From an uncultured Geobacteraceae bacterium (GTDB lineage: Bacteria > Desulfobacterota > Desulfuromonadia > Geobacterales > Pseudopelobacteraceae): 64,000 bases of DNA. Made by a program: the position numbers and the translations under genes. The DNA lies in NCBI GenBank assembly GCA_903939115.1, contig CAJAFV010000090.1, positions 34,075-98,074 of the forward strand, given 5' to 3'. A model generated the notes under the pieces. It searched no databases. It was given only the letters and a program-made list of their open reading frames with translations, and was not told where the DNA came from. This document shows, piece after piece, positions 20,276 through 29,178 of this stretch; within the stretch, counting starts at the first letter, position 1, and the number at the start of each line of letters is the position of its first letter.

Positions 20276-22726
20276 GTTATTCCTCGCTGTACTGAGTAAT
20301 TGCGACAGATCATTTTCGGTCGGCTTGGGAGTGCCTCTCTCCAACAAACTATTCGCACAGTCGAAGAGCGCCGTCTCAAGTTTTGTACCTGTGGCAGGTT
20401 TCCTCAAACCGAGGTTAAGAGAGTGTTTCTGATCGTCAGATATTTCGAAGGCTGAAAAGACAATTGCCGGCAGTGATGTATTATGGGTTCGCACATGCTT
20501 CAACATTTCCAAGCCATCCATAACCGGCATTTTAATGTCAGTTATTATAATATCCGGGCGGTGCTCGTTATAGGCCGCCAAGCCTTCCGCGCCATCTCGT
20601 GCGGTTATCAGTACGCCGACAATACGAGACAAAAACTGGCTGTACTGCTCTCTGGTCTCATCGTCATCCTCAACATACAACACTCTGAGCTGTTTCAGTG
20701 TATCCAGATCATGTTCGCCGACATCAATGGCTTTTTTACGCAGCAGGTTTGACGGGGAGAGCCATTTTTTAAGGAGAGCGTCAAGCACCTCTTTCTTGAC
20801 CGGTTTTGATACATAGTCGTCCATACCGGCTTCAAGACACTTGTCACGGTCTTCATTCATGGCATTGGCTGTCAAAGCTATGACCGGCACGTTATGATTG
20901 AGAACAGCTGAACTTTGATCGCGGATTATAGTGGTTGCTTCAAAACCGTTCATGTTTGGCATCAGGCAGTCCATCAGCACCAGATCATAGTTAGTCATCG
21001 ATAGCGCATCCACCGCTTCTTGACCATCTGCAGCCACATCAGCAGAGTACCCCAGCGTTTTCAGCTGATGAAGAGCGACTTTTTGATTGATGGGATTATC
21101 TTCAACCAAAAGGATACGTGCGGTGAGATCGTTTAAGCTTTCAGCAGCGCGAGGTGCAACGAGCTGTGCATTGGTCGTGGCCTCCTGCGCGGCTTTTATG
21201 GTCTCGGCGTTCTGCTTTTCAAATCGGGCAGTAAACCAGAAGGTTGAACCTTTTCCCTCTTCACTGGTAACGCCGATTTCGCCCCCCATAAGTTCTGCCA
21301 GTTGCCTGCAGATGGTCAGTCCCAGGCCGGTACCGCCGTATTTGCGGGTGGTTGAGGCATCCACCTGGGTGAAAGGGGCAAATATTGCAGAAAGGCGGGA
21401 CTCCGGTATGCCAATGCCGGTATCACTAATTAAAAATTTGACTGTCACCACATCATTTTGATCGGATACGAGTGATGCATTGACAGCAACAGCACCTTGC
21501 TTCGTGAACTTGAGGGCGTTGCCGACCAGATTGGTGATAACCTGCCGGACTCTGACGGAATCACCGTGCAGAATTATCGGCATACCGGTCTCAATAGTGT
21601 AGGTCAGCGCCATCCCGGCATTATCAGCTCGATAGGCCAATAGTCGAACGATATCATCCAGCAAAAGCCGCACATCGAAGTAGGCCCGATCCAGCTCAAG
21701 CTTGCCGGCCTCGATTTTGGAGAAATCGAGAATATCGTTGATCAATATCAGCAAGTTATCACCACTTCTGGAAACAATCTCAGCATACTCCCGCTGCTCT
21801 GCGCTCAGATCAGTTTCTAAAAGGAGGCTGGACATGCTGACCACCCCATTCATCGGAGTACGGATTTCATGGCTCATGTTGGCCAAAAACGTACTTTTAG
21901 CAATGTTGGCACTTTCAGCTTTCTCCTTTGCTGCCAAGAGTTCCAGATTTAAGCGCCGCGTGTTTTCGACCATCACCTTTAATGCCCAAAGGACACCTGC
22001 CCGGTTGTCATCATCCACCTGTATCGTTAAGGATAGGTCGCCACCAGCCACAGTCTCGGCTATTTTGCGGAGTTCCGATGGTTCAGCGCCCAGATTCCGG
22101 AACAACCGCCTGATGATTGCCCCTACTAAAGTTCCAACGAAAAGAAAACTGACGACCATTAAGATGACAGCATAAGTCCGTCCCTTCCTGTAGGCAGCCT
22201 CATACGCCAGATGTTTACGGTCTGCAATGGCCTGCTCCACAGCAGCCAGGGCCGATAGTTTACTTAAGAGTGGATCAATATCCTGATAAATCGTAGTCGC
22301 GCTGAAACGTTTCAGATCTGCCTGATTCCCTCTTTCAAAGAGTGCTCTCAGTTCAGCCAGTTTCTTGTCCGCACGATTCATCAACGGCATGATCTCTGTA
22401 AGTACTTGCTGCTCTGCCGGGCTGATGTATGTGCCGAGATACATCTTCCACTGGTCGGCGATTTTTTTCTGTGCCTCTGACGTTCTCTTCAGCCCTTCCT
22501 CTCTGGTAATTAAGTTATCACCCGATTTTCGCACCGTGGTGATTAAGGCTTCACTGTAATTGTCTGATATTGACTTGATTAGTAAGATCGGCACCAACCG
22601 TTCATTGTACAGGTCATTGATTGCGTCGTCGCCGACCTCGGCGACATATATACCTGATGCAAAAACGGCAGTTATGAAAACACCGATTGCCACCATCATC
22701 ACATAAAGAGATGTTCTCATTTTCAT
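20267..22726 (-). CDS. membrane hybrid histidine kinase (periplasmic helical sensor-HAMP-HisKA-HATPase-REC-REC)
   Basis: Two TM helices flank a ~190-aa periplasmic helical domain. H-box [12 protein letters not shown]. HATPase motifs GNALKFT, DTGIGI and GGTGLGL. Two receivers are present ([11 protein letters not shown]..., [12 protein letters not shown]...). ATG 22726 has a GGAGG SD; the ORF could extend to TTG 22837. Confidence 0.88.
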   Translation of the reverse strand: MKMRTSLYVMMVAIGVFITAVFASGIYVAEVGDDAINDLYNERLVPILLIKSISDNYSEALITTVRKSGDNLITREEGLKRTSEAQKKIADQWKMYLGTYISPAEQQVLTEIMPLMNRADKKLAELRALFERGNQADLKRFSATTIYQDIDPLLSKLSALAAVEQAIADRKHLAYEAAYRKGRTYAVILMVVSFLFVGTLVGAIIRRLFRNLGAEPSELRKIAETVAGGDLSLTIQVDDDNRAGVLWALKVMVENTRRLNLELLAAKEKAESANIAKSTFLANMSHEIRTPMNGVVSMSSLLLETDLSAEQREYAEIVSRSGDNLLILINDILDFSKIEAGKLELDRAYFDVRLLLDDIVRLLAYRADNAGMALTYTIETGMPIILHGDSVRVRQVITNLVGNALKFTKQGAVAVNASLVSDQNDVVTVKFLISDTGIGIPESRLSAIFAPFTQVDASTTRKYGGTGLGLTICRQLAELMGGEIGVTSEEGKGSTFWFTARFEKQNAETIKAAQEATTNAQLVAPRAAESLNDLTARILLVEDNPINQKVALHQLKTLGYSADVAADGQEAVDALSMTNYDLVLMDCLMPNMNGFEATTIIRDQSSAVLNHNVPVIALTANAMNEDRDKCLEAGMDDYVSKPVKKEVLDALLKKWLSPSNLLRKKAIDVGEHDLDTLKQLRVLYVEDDDETREQYSQFLSRIVGVLITARDGAEGLAAYNEHRPDIIITDIKMPVMDGLEMLKHVRTHNTSLPAIVFSAFEISDDQKHSLNLGLRKPATGTKLETALFDCANSLLERGTPKPTENDLSQLLSTARNNNG

Positions 22727-22833
22727 CCGATTACCTCCGAATTGGTCGGTTTGATAAGAGAGCCAATGCCGCTTCGTACTCATTTTGAATGCATCCTGGC
22801 ATACAGATACGTTCGCTGCTTCCTGTAATATAA

Positions 22834-24489
22834 TCAACTCGCAGAGTGCTTCCTGTCCTTGATCACATCCATCTGGTCTTCGAAACAGTTCGGGCAGATT
22901 CCATGGCTGAACTTGGCCTCAGAATGATGGGTGATGTATTGTTCCAGTTGGTTCCAACTGTTCTGGTCATCCCTGATCTTCTTGCAATACATGCAGATCG
23001 GGATAATCCCTTCAAGCTTCTTGACGAGTGCAAGCGCCTCCTCCCGTCCCTGTTCCGCCTGTTTACGTGCGGTGATGTCACGGGTGATGGCGAGATGCAC
23101 CACTGAACCTTTATCCTGCATCGGCACGGCGTGCGTCTCAAGCCAGCGACGCCCCCCCTTGAAGCCGAGCACTTCAAATTCCATGTACACCGGTTCGCCG
23201 TCAAGCACCCGTCTGTGCATATTGCCATAGTCCGCGTGATATTCAGGGGTGATAAGGTCAAAGACGGAGTAGCCGACCACCTGCTCCAGCGAGTCAGCCT
23301 CAATCATTGCGAGTCCGGCAGGATTCATGTGAATCAAAAGTCCATTTTCAGCGATTATTTTGACGCAATCAGGCTCATTATCGAGAATAGTCCTGAGATG
23401 GGACTCACTCTCCTTTAATTTTTGCGTTTGTATGAGGACGATCTTTTTTTCCGCTTCCAGTTTCCGCTTTGTAAACAGCAGAGTGATCGCCAGCAACGCG
23501 ATGATTATCATGGCGCTTGTGACGCCGGCTATTTCCCAACGGAAGCGTTTCCAGACATCCTGCAGTGTAAATGCAGGCGCCCCGTCAAAGGGAGCAAAGC
23601 GCAGCTCCCGCAGCAGCTCTTCTACCGGCGTGTAGTCTGCCGGCACTGAAAAACCATGAATATTCATTGCCCGCATGACGGCACCGTTTTCTTCCAAAGT
23701 GAAAAGCGCTGCAGCAACGTGTCTGGCCAGATTTTCGTCAGTGTGTGACAGAGCCGAAAACGGCCACTCCGGGTACAGTCGGGTGGATACCAGCAATGGG
23801 AATTCAGGGGAATTGCGGCGATCCAGAATTTTAAGCTGTTTCAACGCCAGCGTGCCATCCCGTACGGCGCCCTCGAGTACCCCGCTCCGCACGAATCCGG
23901 CATCAGCGCGACCTTCCAGCACCGCTTTCACGACATTGTCATGCGGCATGCCGGTGATAACAACTGTGGCGTCCTTCGGCAGGTGTACTCCGACTCGATT
24001 AAGTTCATACGCCTGCATCTGATAGCCGCCCAGTGATTCGATATCCGGAACGGCGATGGTTTTGCCCTTTATGTCGCGAAGCGTGTTGATATTATTCTGC
24101 CCGGAACGGCTGAAAACCACGCCGCCAAAAGCGCTTGAGCGTCGGCCATCCACCTCGACGGCTAATGTGGCGAGTGGCGCAGAGAGGCTCCCGCGCATTT
24201 TGAGCAGCACGAAATGCGCCGGGTTGGTAAATACAAAATCCAGTTGACCCCTGGCAACGGCTTCATTCATCTCGGGATAGGTAAGCGCCTCAACAACAAA
24301 ATCCCGTTCAGGTACGGCCTGCTTGAGAGCGGAGGCCAAAGGACCCCATTGTGCGAGGGTTTGTGGTTTGGGGCGAAAAGCGAGTACCCCTATTCTTACC
24401 GGTTCTGCGCAATGTGCCGGAATGATCGGCAGTAGCGCGCTAGTCAAAAGAGTCAGCAGTATCAGCAGAGGGAAGAGCGGGAGCCTCAT
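22834..24489 (-). CDS. PhnD-like periplasmic binding domain-TM-PAS protein with C-terminal Cys/His (zinc-ribbon-like) module, no kinase domain
   Basis: Signal peptide, then a PhnD-type SBP region (VRIGVLAFRPKPQTLAQW, DFVFTNPAHFV), a TM helix (IAGVTSAMIIIALLAITLLF) and a PAS domain. The C-terminus is IIPICMYCKKIRDDQNSWNQLEQYITHHSEAKFSHGICPNCFED. The start overlaps the upstream stop as ATGA. Confidence 0.85.
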   Translation of the reverse strand: MRLPLFPLLILLTLLTSALLPIIPAHCAEPVRIGVLAFRPKPQTLAQWGPLASALKQAVPERDFVVEALTYPEMNEAVARGQLDFVFTNPAHFVLLKMRGSLSAPLATLAVEVDGRRSSAFGGVVFSRSGQNNINTLRDIKGKTIAVPDIESLGGYQMQAYELNRVGVHLPKDATVVITGMPHDNVVKAVLEGRADAGFVRSGVLEGAVRDGTLALKQLKILDRRNSPEFPLLVSTRLYPEWPFSALSHTDENLARHVAAALFTLEENGAVMRAMNIHGFSVPADYTPVEELLRELRFAPFDGAPAFTLQDVWKRFRWEIAGVTSAMIIIALLAITLLFTKRKLEAEKKIVLIQTQKLKESESHLRTILDNEPDCVKIIAENGLLIHMNPAGLAMIEADSLEQVVGYSVFDLITPEYHADYGNMHRRVLDGEPVYMEFEVLGFKGGRRWLETHAVPMQDKGSVVHLAITRDITARKQAEQGREEALALVKKLEGIIPICMYCKKIRDDQNSWNQLEQYITHHSEAKFSHGICPNCFEDQMDVIKDRKHSAS

Positions 24490-26492
24490 ATGAGCTCCTT
24501 TATTTTCCGCAACAGATTAAACGGCAGGGTCGGTTTTAAAATTACCTGCGTATCGGCAGCGAGTACTCCCTCACGCTCGATGACGTTGTCCGCATGGCCG
24601 CTGACAAATATGAATTTCACACTTTCTGACAGTTGCCGTATTTCATCACAGGCCGTCTTGCCGCTTTTCCGGGGCATAACCACATCGGCAATCACCAGAT
24701 CAATTGTGCCGGAATGGGCGGCAAACTTTTCTACGGCATCCTGGCCATCTATGGCGGAAATAACCGTGTAACCGGCTCTGGTTAGAAATTCCGCCACAGT
24801 GTTCCGCGTATCTTCATCATCTTCGGCTACCAGGATTGTCCCTGAGCCAATTTCCATCTGAAGATGCTGTTCCGCGGTCTCAGCGGCACTCTCTCCGCTA
24901 TCCACCAGCGGCAGATAGAGCTGAAAGACGCATCCTCTCCCCGGTTCACTCTGCAGGTCGATAAAACCGCCATGCTGTTTGATGATACCCATTACCATCG
25001 ACAAGCCAAGGCCGGTCCCCTTGCCGAGCTCTTTGGTGGTAAAGAACGGGTCAAACACCTTGCGCTTTGTCTCCGCATTCATGCCGTGGCCGCTGTCAGT
25101 TACCGTAATAATGGCATAATGGCCAACCGTTCCATAGCCGTGGGTGGCAGTGAACCGTTCATCCATGCTTCCGGTGCCTGTTTCAACGGTGAACGTGCCG
25201 CCGTCCGGCATCGCATCACGGGCATTGGTGGCAAGATTCAGCAGAACCTGTTCTATCTGCACCGTGTCAACGTACACAACAAGGGGATCCTTCTGCAGAG
25301 AAAGGGTAAAGATGATGTTGTCATGGATTATGCGGGAGATGAATGAACCAACGGTGGTGATCAGGAGATTCAGGTTTTTATGCTGCTGATCCATCACCTG
25401 CTTGCGGCTGTACGCGAGCAGGTTGTGGGTCAGCGAGGCGGCGCGTGAAGTAGCCAGTATGACTTTGTCAAGATAGCTGAACTGCTTTTGCTCCCTGTCC
25501 ATCCCATGCTGCGCCAGAGCCGCATAGCCACAGACGACACTCAGGATATTGTTCAGATCATGGGCCAGTCCTCCGGCCAGCTGACCGATTGATTCCATTT
25601 TTTGAGATTGAACTAACTGCTCCATGGTACTTTTCTTTTCGGTGATATCGGTGTCACTGCCACGGTACCCCAGTAGTGTCCCGTCGGCGCTCAAAAGGGG
25701 ACTACCAAAGGTGGAGAGCCATATCAGGCCCCCGTCTTTTCTCTCAGCGCGGTTTTCAAAATTGTTAAACGGTTCCTTGCGTGCAAACACCGCTAGGGCG
25801 GCTTCCTTGAACGCTGCTCGTCCCGGTTCGGGATGCAGATCATAGAAGTGCATCCCGCCGATCACTTCGTGCGGGTGATAACCAAGAACTGCTTCAGAGA
25901 CATGGCTGACATACGTGTACAGCCCTTGGGCGTCCACTTCCCAGACAAAGGTGCCGCTCTGCTCTGCCAACTTATTAAAACGGTTATTGCTCTCTTTCAG
26001 AGATGCGTCACCCTCAAGCAGCAGTCTGTTCAGCTGTTTCTGCTCCACCAGCATGTGGGCAAGCTCTTCCTTCTGGCGTGCCAGCTGATTCATCTGTGAT
26101 TTTATGAGATCAGTGCGGGATTTCTGTGCGACATGGTTGCGAACCCGCTGTCTGAGCAGATCATAATTAATCGGTTTGGTAAGATAATCAATCCCCCCAA
26201 GTGCCAGACCCCGCAGCTCTCCCTCTTCGGTGTCATAGGCGGTCAGAAAGATAACCGGAATATCGACAAACTCCTCATTTGATTTGATTATGCTGCAGAC
26301 ATCGAAGCCGCTTAGCTCCGGCATCAAAACATCCAGCAGAATAAGGTCCGGTGCCTGCTCCCTCAGTAAACTGATGGCTTCGAATCCGTTCAGCGCAGGG
26401 ATGACGTCATATTCGGCACCGAGTGCAGATGTTATAACCTTGATATTTACCGGTTCGTCATCCACAACAAGTATTCTGAAGCGCGTACTCAT
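24486..26492 (-). CDS. hybrid histidine kinase (REC-coiled coil-PAS-HisKA-HATPase-REC)
   Basis: N-terminal REC (ILVVDDEPVN, LILLDVLMPELSG), a PAS domain, H-box GGLAHDLNNIL, HATPase motifs (TNARDAM, DSGHGM, GTGLGLS) and a C-terminal REC (ILVAEDDEDTR). ATG 26492 has an AAGGAG SD. Confidence 0.88.
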   Translation of the reverse strand: MSTRFRILVVDDEPVNIKVITSALGAEYDVIPALNGFEAISLLREQAPDLILLDVLMPELSGFDVCSIIKSNEEFVDIPVIFLTAYDTEEGELRGLALGGIDYLTKPINYDLLRQRVRNHVAQKSRTDLIKSQMNQLARQKEELAHMLVEQKQLNRLLLEGDASLKESNNRFNKLAEQSGTFVWEVDAQGLYTYVSHVSEAVLGYHPHEVIGGMHFYDLHPEPGRAAFKEAALAVFARKEPFNNFENRAERKDGGLIWLSTFGSPLLSADGTLLGYRGSDTDITEKKSTMEQLVQSQKMESIGQLAGGLAHDLNNILSVVCGYAALAQHGMDREQKQFSYLDKVILATSRAASLTHNLLAYSRKQVMDQQHKNLNLLITTVGSFISRIIHDNIIFTLSLQKDPLVVYVDTVQIEQVLLNLATNARDAMPDGGTFTVETGTGSMDERFTATHGYGTVGHYAIITVTDSGHGMNAETKRKVFDPFFTTKELGKGTGLGLSMVMGIIKQHGGFIDLQSEPGRGCVFQLYLPLVDSGESAAETAEQHLQMEIGSGTILVAEDDEDTRNTVAEFLTRAGYTVISAIDGQDAVEKFAAHSGTIDLVIADVVMPRKSGKTACDEIRQLSESVKFIFVSGHADNVIEREGVLAADTQVILKPTLPFNLLRKIKELI

Positions 26493-26496
26493 GCTG

Positions 26497-28572
26497 TTAC
26501 TCCTTTGCCCCATACATGGTGGTAACCCGTTTCATCTCCTGCACGAGTTCCTTGATATCAATCGGTTTTGATATATAGCCATCAAAGCCCTGATCCAGAA
26601 ATCGTATTTTATCTCCACGCATCGAGTAGGCTGTCAGCGCAATTACCGGCTGGTGGCATGTCGTGCCACGCTCTTTGCTGCGGATTTCGCAGAGTGCCTC
26701 ATCGCCGGTCATTTCCGACATATGAATATCCATCAACACCAGATCAAAGGTGCCCTGCTCCAGAGCGGCCAGACATTCCCTGCCATCCATCGCCACAATG
26801 AAGGTATGCCCCAGCTTCCGGAGCAGTGCTGTACCGAAGGTGATGTTGACCTGGTCATCCTCGACCAGCAGAATTTTGAGCGGCGCGCCATCCCAGTTGG
26901 CGGCTGTATCATCGGAAACCTCCAGGACGGTGTCACTGTCAACGGCTCTTGAGAACGGCATGGTGACGGTGAAACAGCTGCCTACTTTCAGGGTGCTTGC
27001 AACGGTAACAGTACCACCCAAAAGTTCCGCCAGACGCCGGCTGATAGTCAGACCGAGGCCGGTCCCGCCATATCTGCGGGTTTCAGTGCCGTCTTCCTGG
27101 GTGAACGGCATAAAGATCTCGTCAAGCGCCGTTGGCGAGACACCTATGCCGGTATCTTGAATCGTTATCTGGATAAGCAAGGTTTCATCGTGCTGTTCGA
27201 GGAGGTTTACCGAAATGGTGATGCTCCCCTTTGCCGTGAACTTTACCGCGTTACCAATCAGGTTGAGGAGAATCTGTTTGACCCGCAACTGGTCTCCGAC
27301 CAGAAGAGGGGGCACATCCCGGGCGAAATCCACATTCAGGACCAGCTCTTTTTCACGTGCCGCAAATTTCATTATTAAGAGAATATCCGTGATGCAGCGA
27401 TATAAATTGAATTGAGTTAATTCGACCCTGACCTTGCCCGCCTCGATCTTGGCAAGGTCAAGAATATCGGTGATCAGGGAAAGCAGATTTTTGCCGGACA
27501 GCAAGAGACCCTCTATATATTCCTGCTGCTCTTCGGTCGGAGCGGTCATCTTCAGAAGCTGGGACATGCCGAAAATACCGTTCAACGGAGTACGGATTTC
27601 GTGACTCATGTTATGCAGGAATTGGCTCTTGGCAATGTTGGCGGATTCTGCCGCTACTTTGGCCAGGAGTAGTTCGTTTTCAACGTGCTTTCGCTCAGTA
27701 ATATCTTCCATGGCAAGGAGGATAATGTGTGAACCTATGTTCTCCCGGAAAATCTGCCGGGCGTTGAGCAGAATGGTTTTGCGCCCGATTACGGGGAAAT
27801 CCTGCTCGACTTCATAGTCGTTTAACACGGCTTCCTGAGGAAGGATCTCTTCCAGTAGTACCCGCAGCTTGTGAATGTCCCATTGCCGGTTACCGACGTC
27901 ATAAATGAAATGACCGATAGTCTCCTCAGGCGATACTTTGAAGGCATCATAGAAGCTGTGGTTGGCCGTGAGAATTTTCAGCTCGGAATCCAGCACCAGC
28001 AGCGGCCCACGCACGGATTCTACGATATTTTCAGCATATTCCTTGGCTTCATTAAGTCGGTCATTTTTTTCTGTCAGTTGGCAGAGCAGTTCCTGTAACT
28101 CGGCATTTTTCTGGCTGATGACCCCATGTAGATAACGGGTACTCATAATCTGCTGGTAGTCCTGGATGCACCTCTGCACCGTTTGCAGCAACTCTGCATC
28201 ATCCCATGGTTTTTGTTTGACGATGAAGTGGGTGGCACCCCCTTCATTTATAGCGGTAACGGTCGTATCCATGTCGGAATAACCGGTCAGCAGAATCCTG
28301 ATCGCATCGGGGGCAAGTTCTCTGCTTCGGGCTAAAAACTCGCTGCCGTTCATCTCCGGCATCCGCTGGTCAGAAATAATGACGGCAACGTGCGGAGTCC
28401 CAGCGATCAGCTTCAGCCCTTCGGCACCGGAGCCGGCGCATAGAATCTGAAACTGTTCACGGCGGAAGCAGCGTTTCAGCGCCTGCAGGATATTCGGCTC
28501 GTCATCAACCATGACAACGGTATACTGCTTCATGCCGGTATCAGAACCAATCGTATAGTTTTCATCACTCAA
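26497..28572 (-). CDS. hybrid histidine kinase (REC-PAS-HisKA-HATPase-REC)
   Basis: REC (VVMVDDEPNILQ, VIISDQRMPEMNG), a PAS domain, H-box [12 protein letters not shown], HATPase motifs (GNAVKFT, DTGIGV, GGTGLGL) and a C-terminal REC. The start is probably TTG 28572 with a GGGAG SD, because that position is the ATG in the 38542 paralog. An alternative ATG lies at 28533. Confidence 0.85.
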   Translation of the reverse strand: MSDENYTIGSDTGMKQYTVVMVDDEPNILQALKRCFRREQFQILCAGSGAEGLKLIAGTPHVAVIISDQRMPEMNGSEFLARSRELAPDAIRILLTGYSDMDTTVTAINEGGATHFIVKQKPWDDAELLQTVQRCIQDYQQIMSTRYLHGVISQKNAELQELLCQLTEKNDRLNEAKEYAENIVESVRGPLLVLDSELKILTANHSFYDAFKVSPEETIGHFIYDVGNRQWDIHKLRVLLEEILPQEAVLNDYEVEQDFPVIGRKTILLNARQIFRENIGSHIILLAMEDITERKHVENELLLAKVAAESANIAKSQFLHNMSHEIRTPLNGIFGMSQLLKMTAPTEEQQEYIEGLLLSGKNLLSLITDILDLAKIEAGKVRVELTQFNLYRCITDILLIMKFAAREKELVLNVDFARDVPPLLVGDQLRVKQILLNLIGNAVKFTAKGSITISVNLLEQHDETLLIQITIQDTGIGVSPTALDEIFMPFTQEDGTETRRYGGTGLGLTISRRLAELLGGTVTVASTLKVGSCFTVTMPFSRAVDSDTVLEVSDDTAANWDGAPLKILLVEDDQVNITFGTALLRKLGHTFIVAMDGRECLAALEQGTFDLVLMDIHMSEMTGDEALCEIRSKERGTTCHQPVIALTAYSMRGDKIRFLDQGFDGYISKPIDIKELVQEMKRVTTMYGAKE

Positions 28573-28803
28573 TGGGGGGCTCCCGGGATTGCCACGGTTG
28601 TTTCTGGTACGAAAATTTACGGGTATTGGACGGCTTGGGTAATATTTGGCACATTGTATAGTCTGTAGGATTTGCTGTCTATTAGGGGAAACCACTAGAA
28701 ACGGCTTTATGGGGTGATTATAAACGTATTAATGAGGTGAAATCGGCGGGGAGGAACCGTGAGAGGGGCTACGTCGTGCAGTAATAAAAACGCTATTTTT
28801 GCC
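28573..28803 (-). repeat. copy 1 of a ~230-bp promoter/leader module
   Basis: About 90% identical to 38543..38772 and about 80% identical to 32790..33008. It includes the invariant block ctgtctattaggggaaaccactagaaac. Confidence 0.9.
28653..28681 (-). promoter_or_regulatory. predicted sigma-70 promoter, module copy 1
   Basis: On the minus strand: TAGACA, 17-nt spacer, TACAAT. A GTTTC-N5-GTTTC direct repeat lies 6 nt upstream of the -35 element (28688-28702). Confidence 0.5.
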
Positions 28804-29178
28804 TTTGACCATCCCGGTTTGGCGGTTTTGCCTTTCAGGCGACAGATCCGATCAATTGAAGAAATCAGACGTCACGTAAGTCATCTTAAAGGGAAAATCA
28901 CCATGATCTGGGTCATCCTCATCGCAGGCGCACCTACTCATCAAACTCGGTGCACTGTCGGCATCGCAAACGACTACACTACTGGAAGGTGCTTTGGTTG
29001 GGGACAAAAAATTTCAAAGGATTATATGAACTATCAATAGGATAATTTGAAATACCCACAAAGCATTTTCATTGCCTGTTACAGTTGCGGGAGTGTAGTC
29101 GCCTTCGGGTGCGGATACTTCGACTTCAATATTGGTCGGGTTGTCATCCACAACAAATATCTTAAAGCGTTTCTTCAC
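28800..29178 (-). pseudogene. decayed response-regulator gene
   Basis: After a GGGGGA SD it begins (V)[17 protein letters not shown] and then loses the REC frame. Its 3' end (..GQRQK stop) still resembles the end of the LuxR regulator at 38761 (..AGQK stop). Confidence 0.5.

Noticed and set aside
28573-28652. The conserved 5' leaders of the three kinase genes might be riboswitches (c-di-GMP/GEMM-like), which are common in Geobacter relatives.
   Set aside because: I could not find GEMM-I/II signature elements (GNRA tetraloop-receptor pair, conserved ACGCA/GGCAAACC blocks) or any convincing conserved stem set. The similarity is adequately explained by recent duplication.
28647-28670. TTGGCACattgtata...ttgc on the plus strand of the repeat module might be a sigma-54 promoter.
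   Set aside because: It is on the wrong strand for the adjacent genes, and the GG to GC spacing is not N10.
28759-29040. Plus-strand ORFs beginning or ending with MRG(A/D)TSCS recur at 28759, around 32990 and at 38729, and could be mistaken for a small conserved gene family.
   Set aside because: They are by-products of the triplicated promoter module read on the wrong strand. They have no SD. Beyond the shared repeat, their sequences are unrelated.
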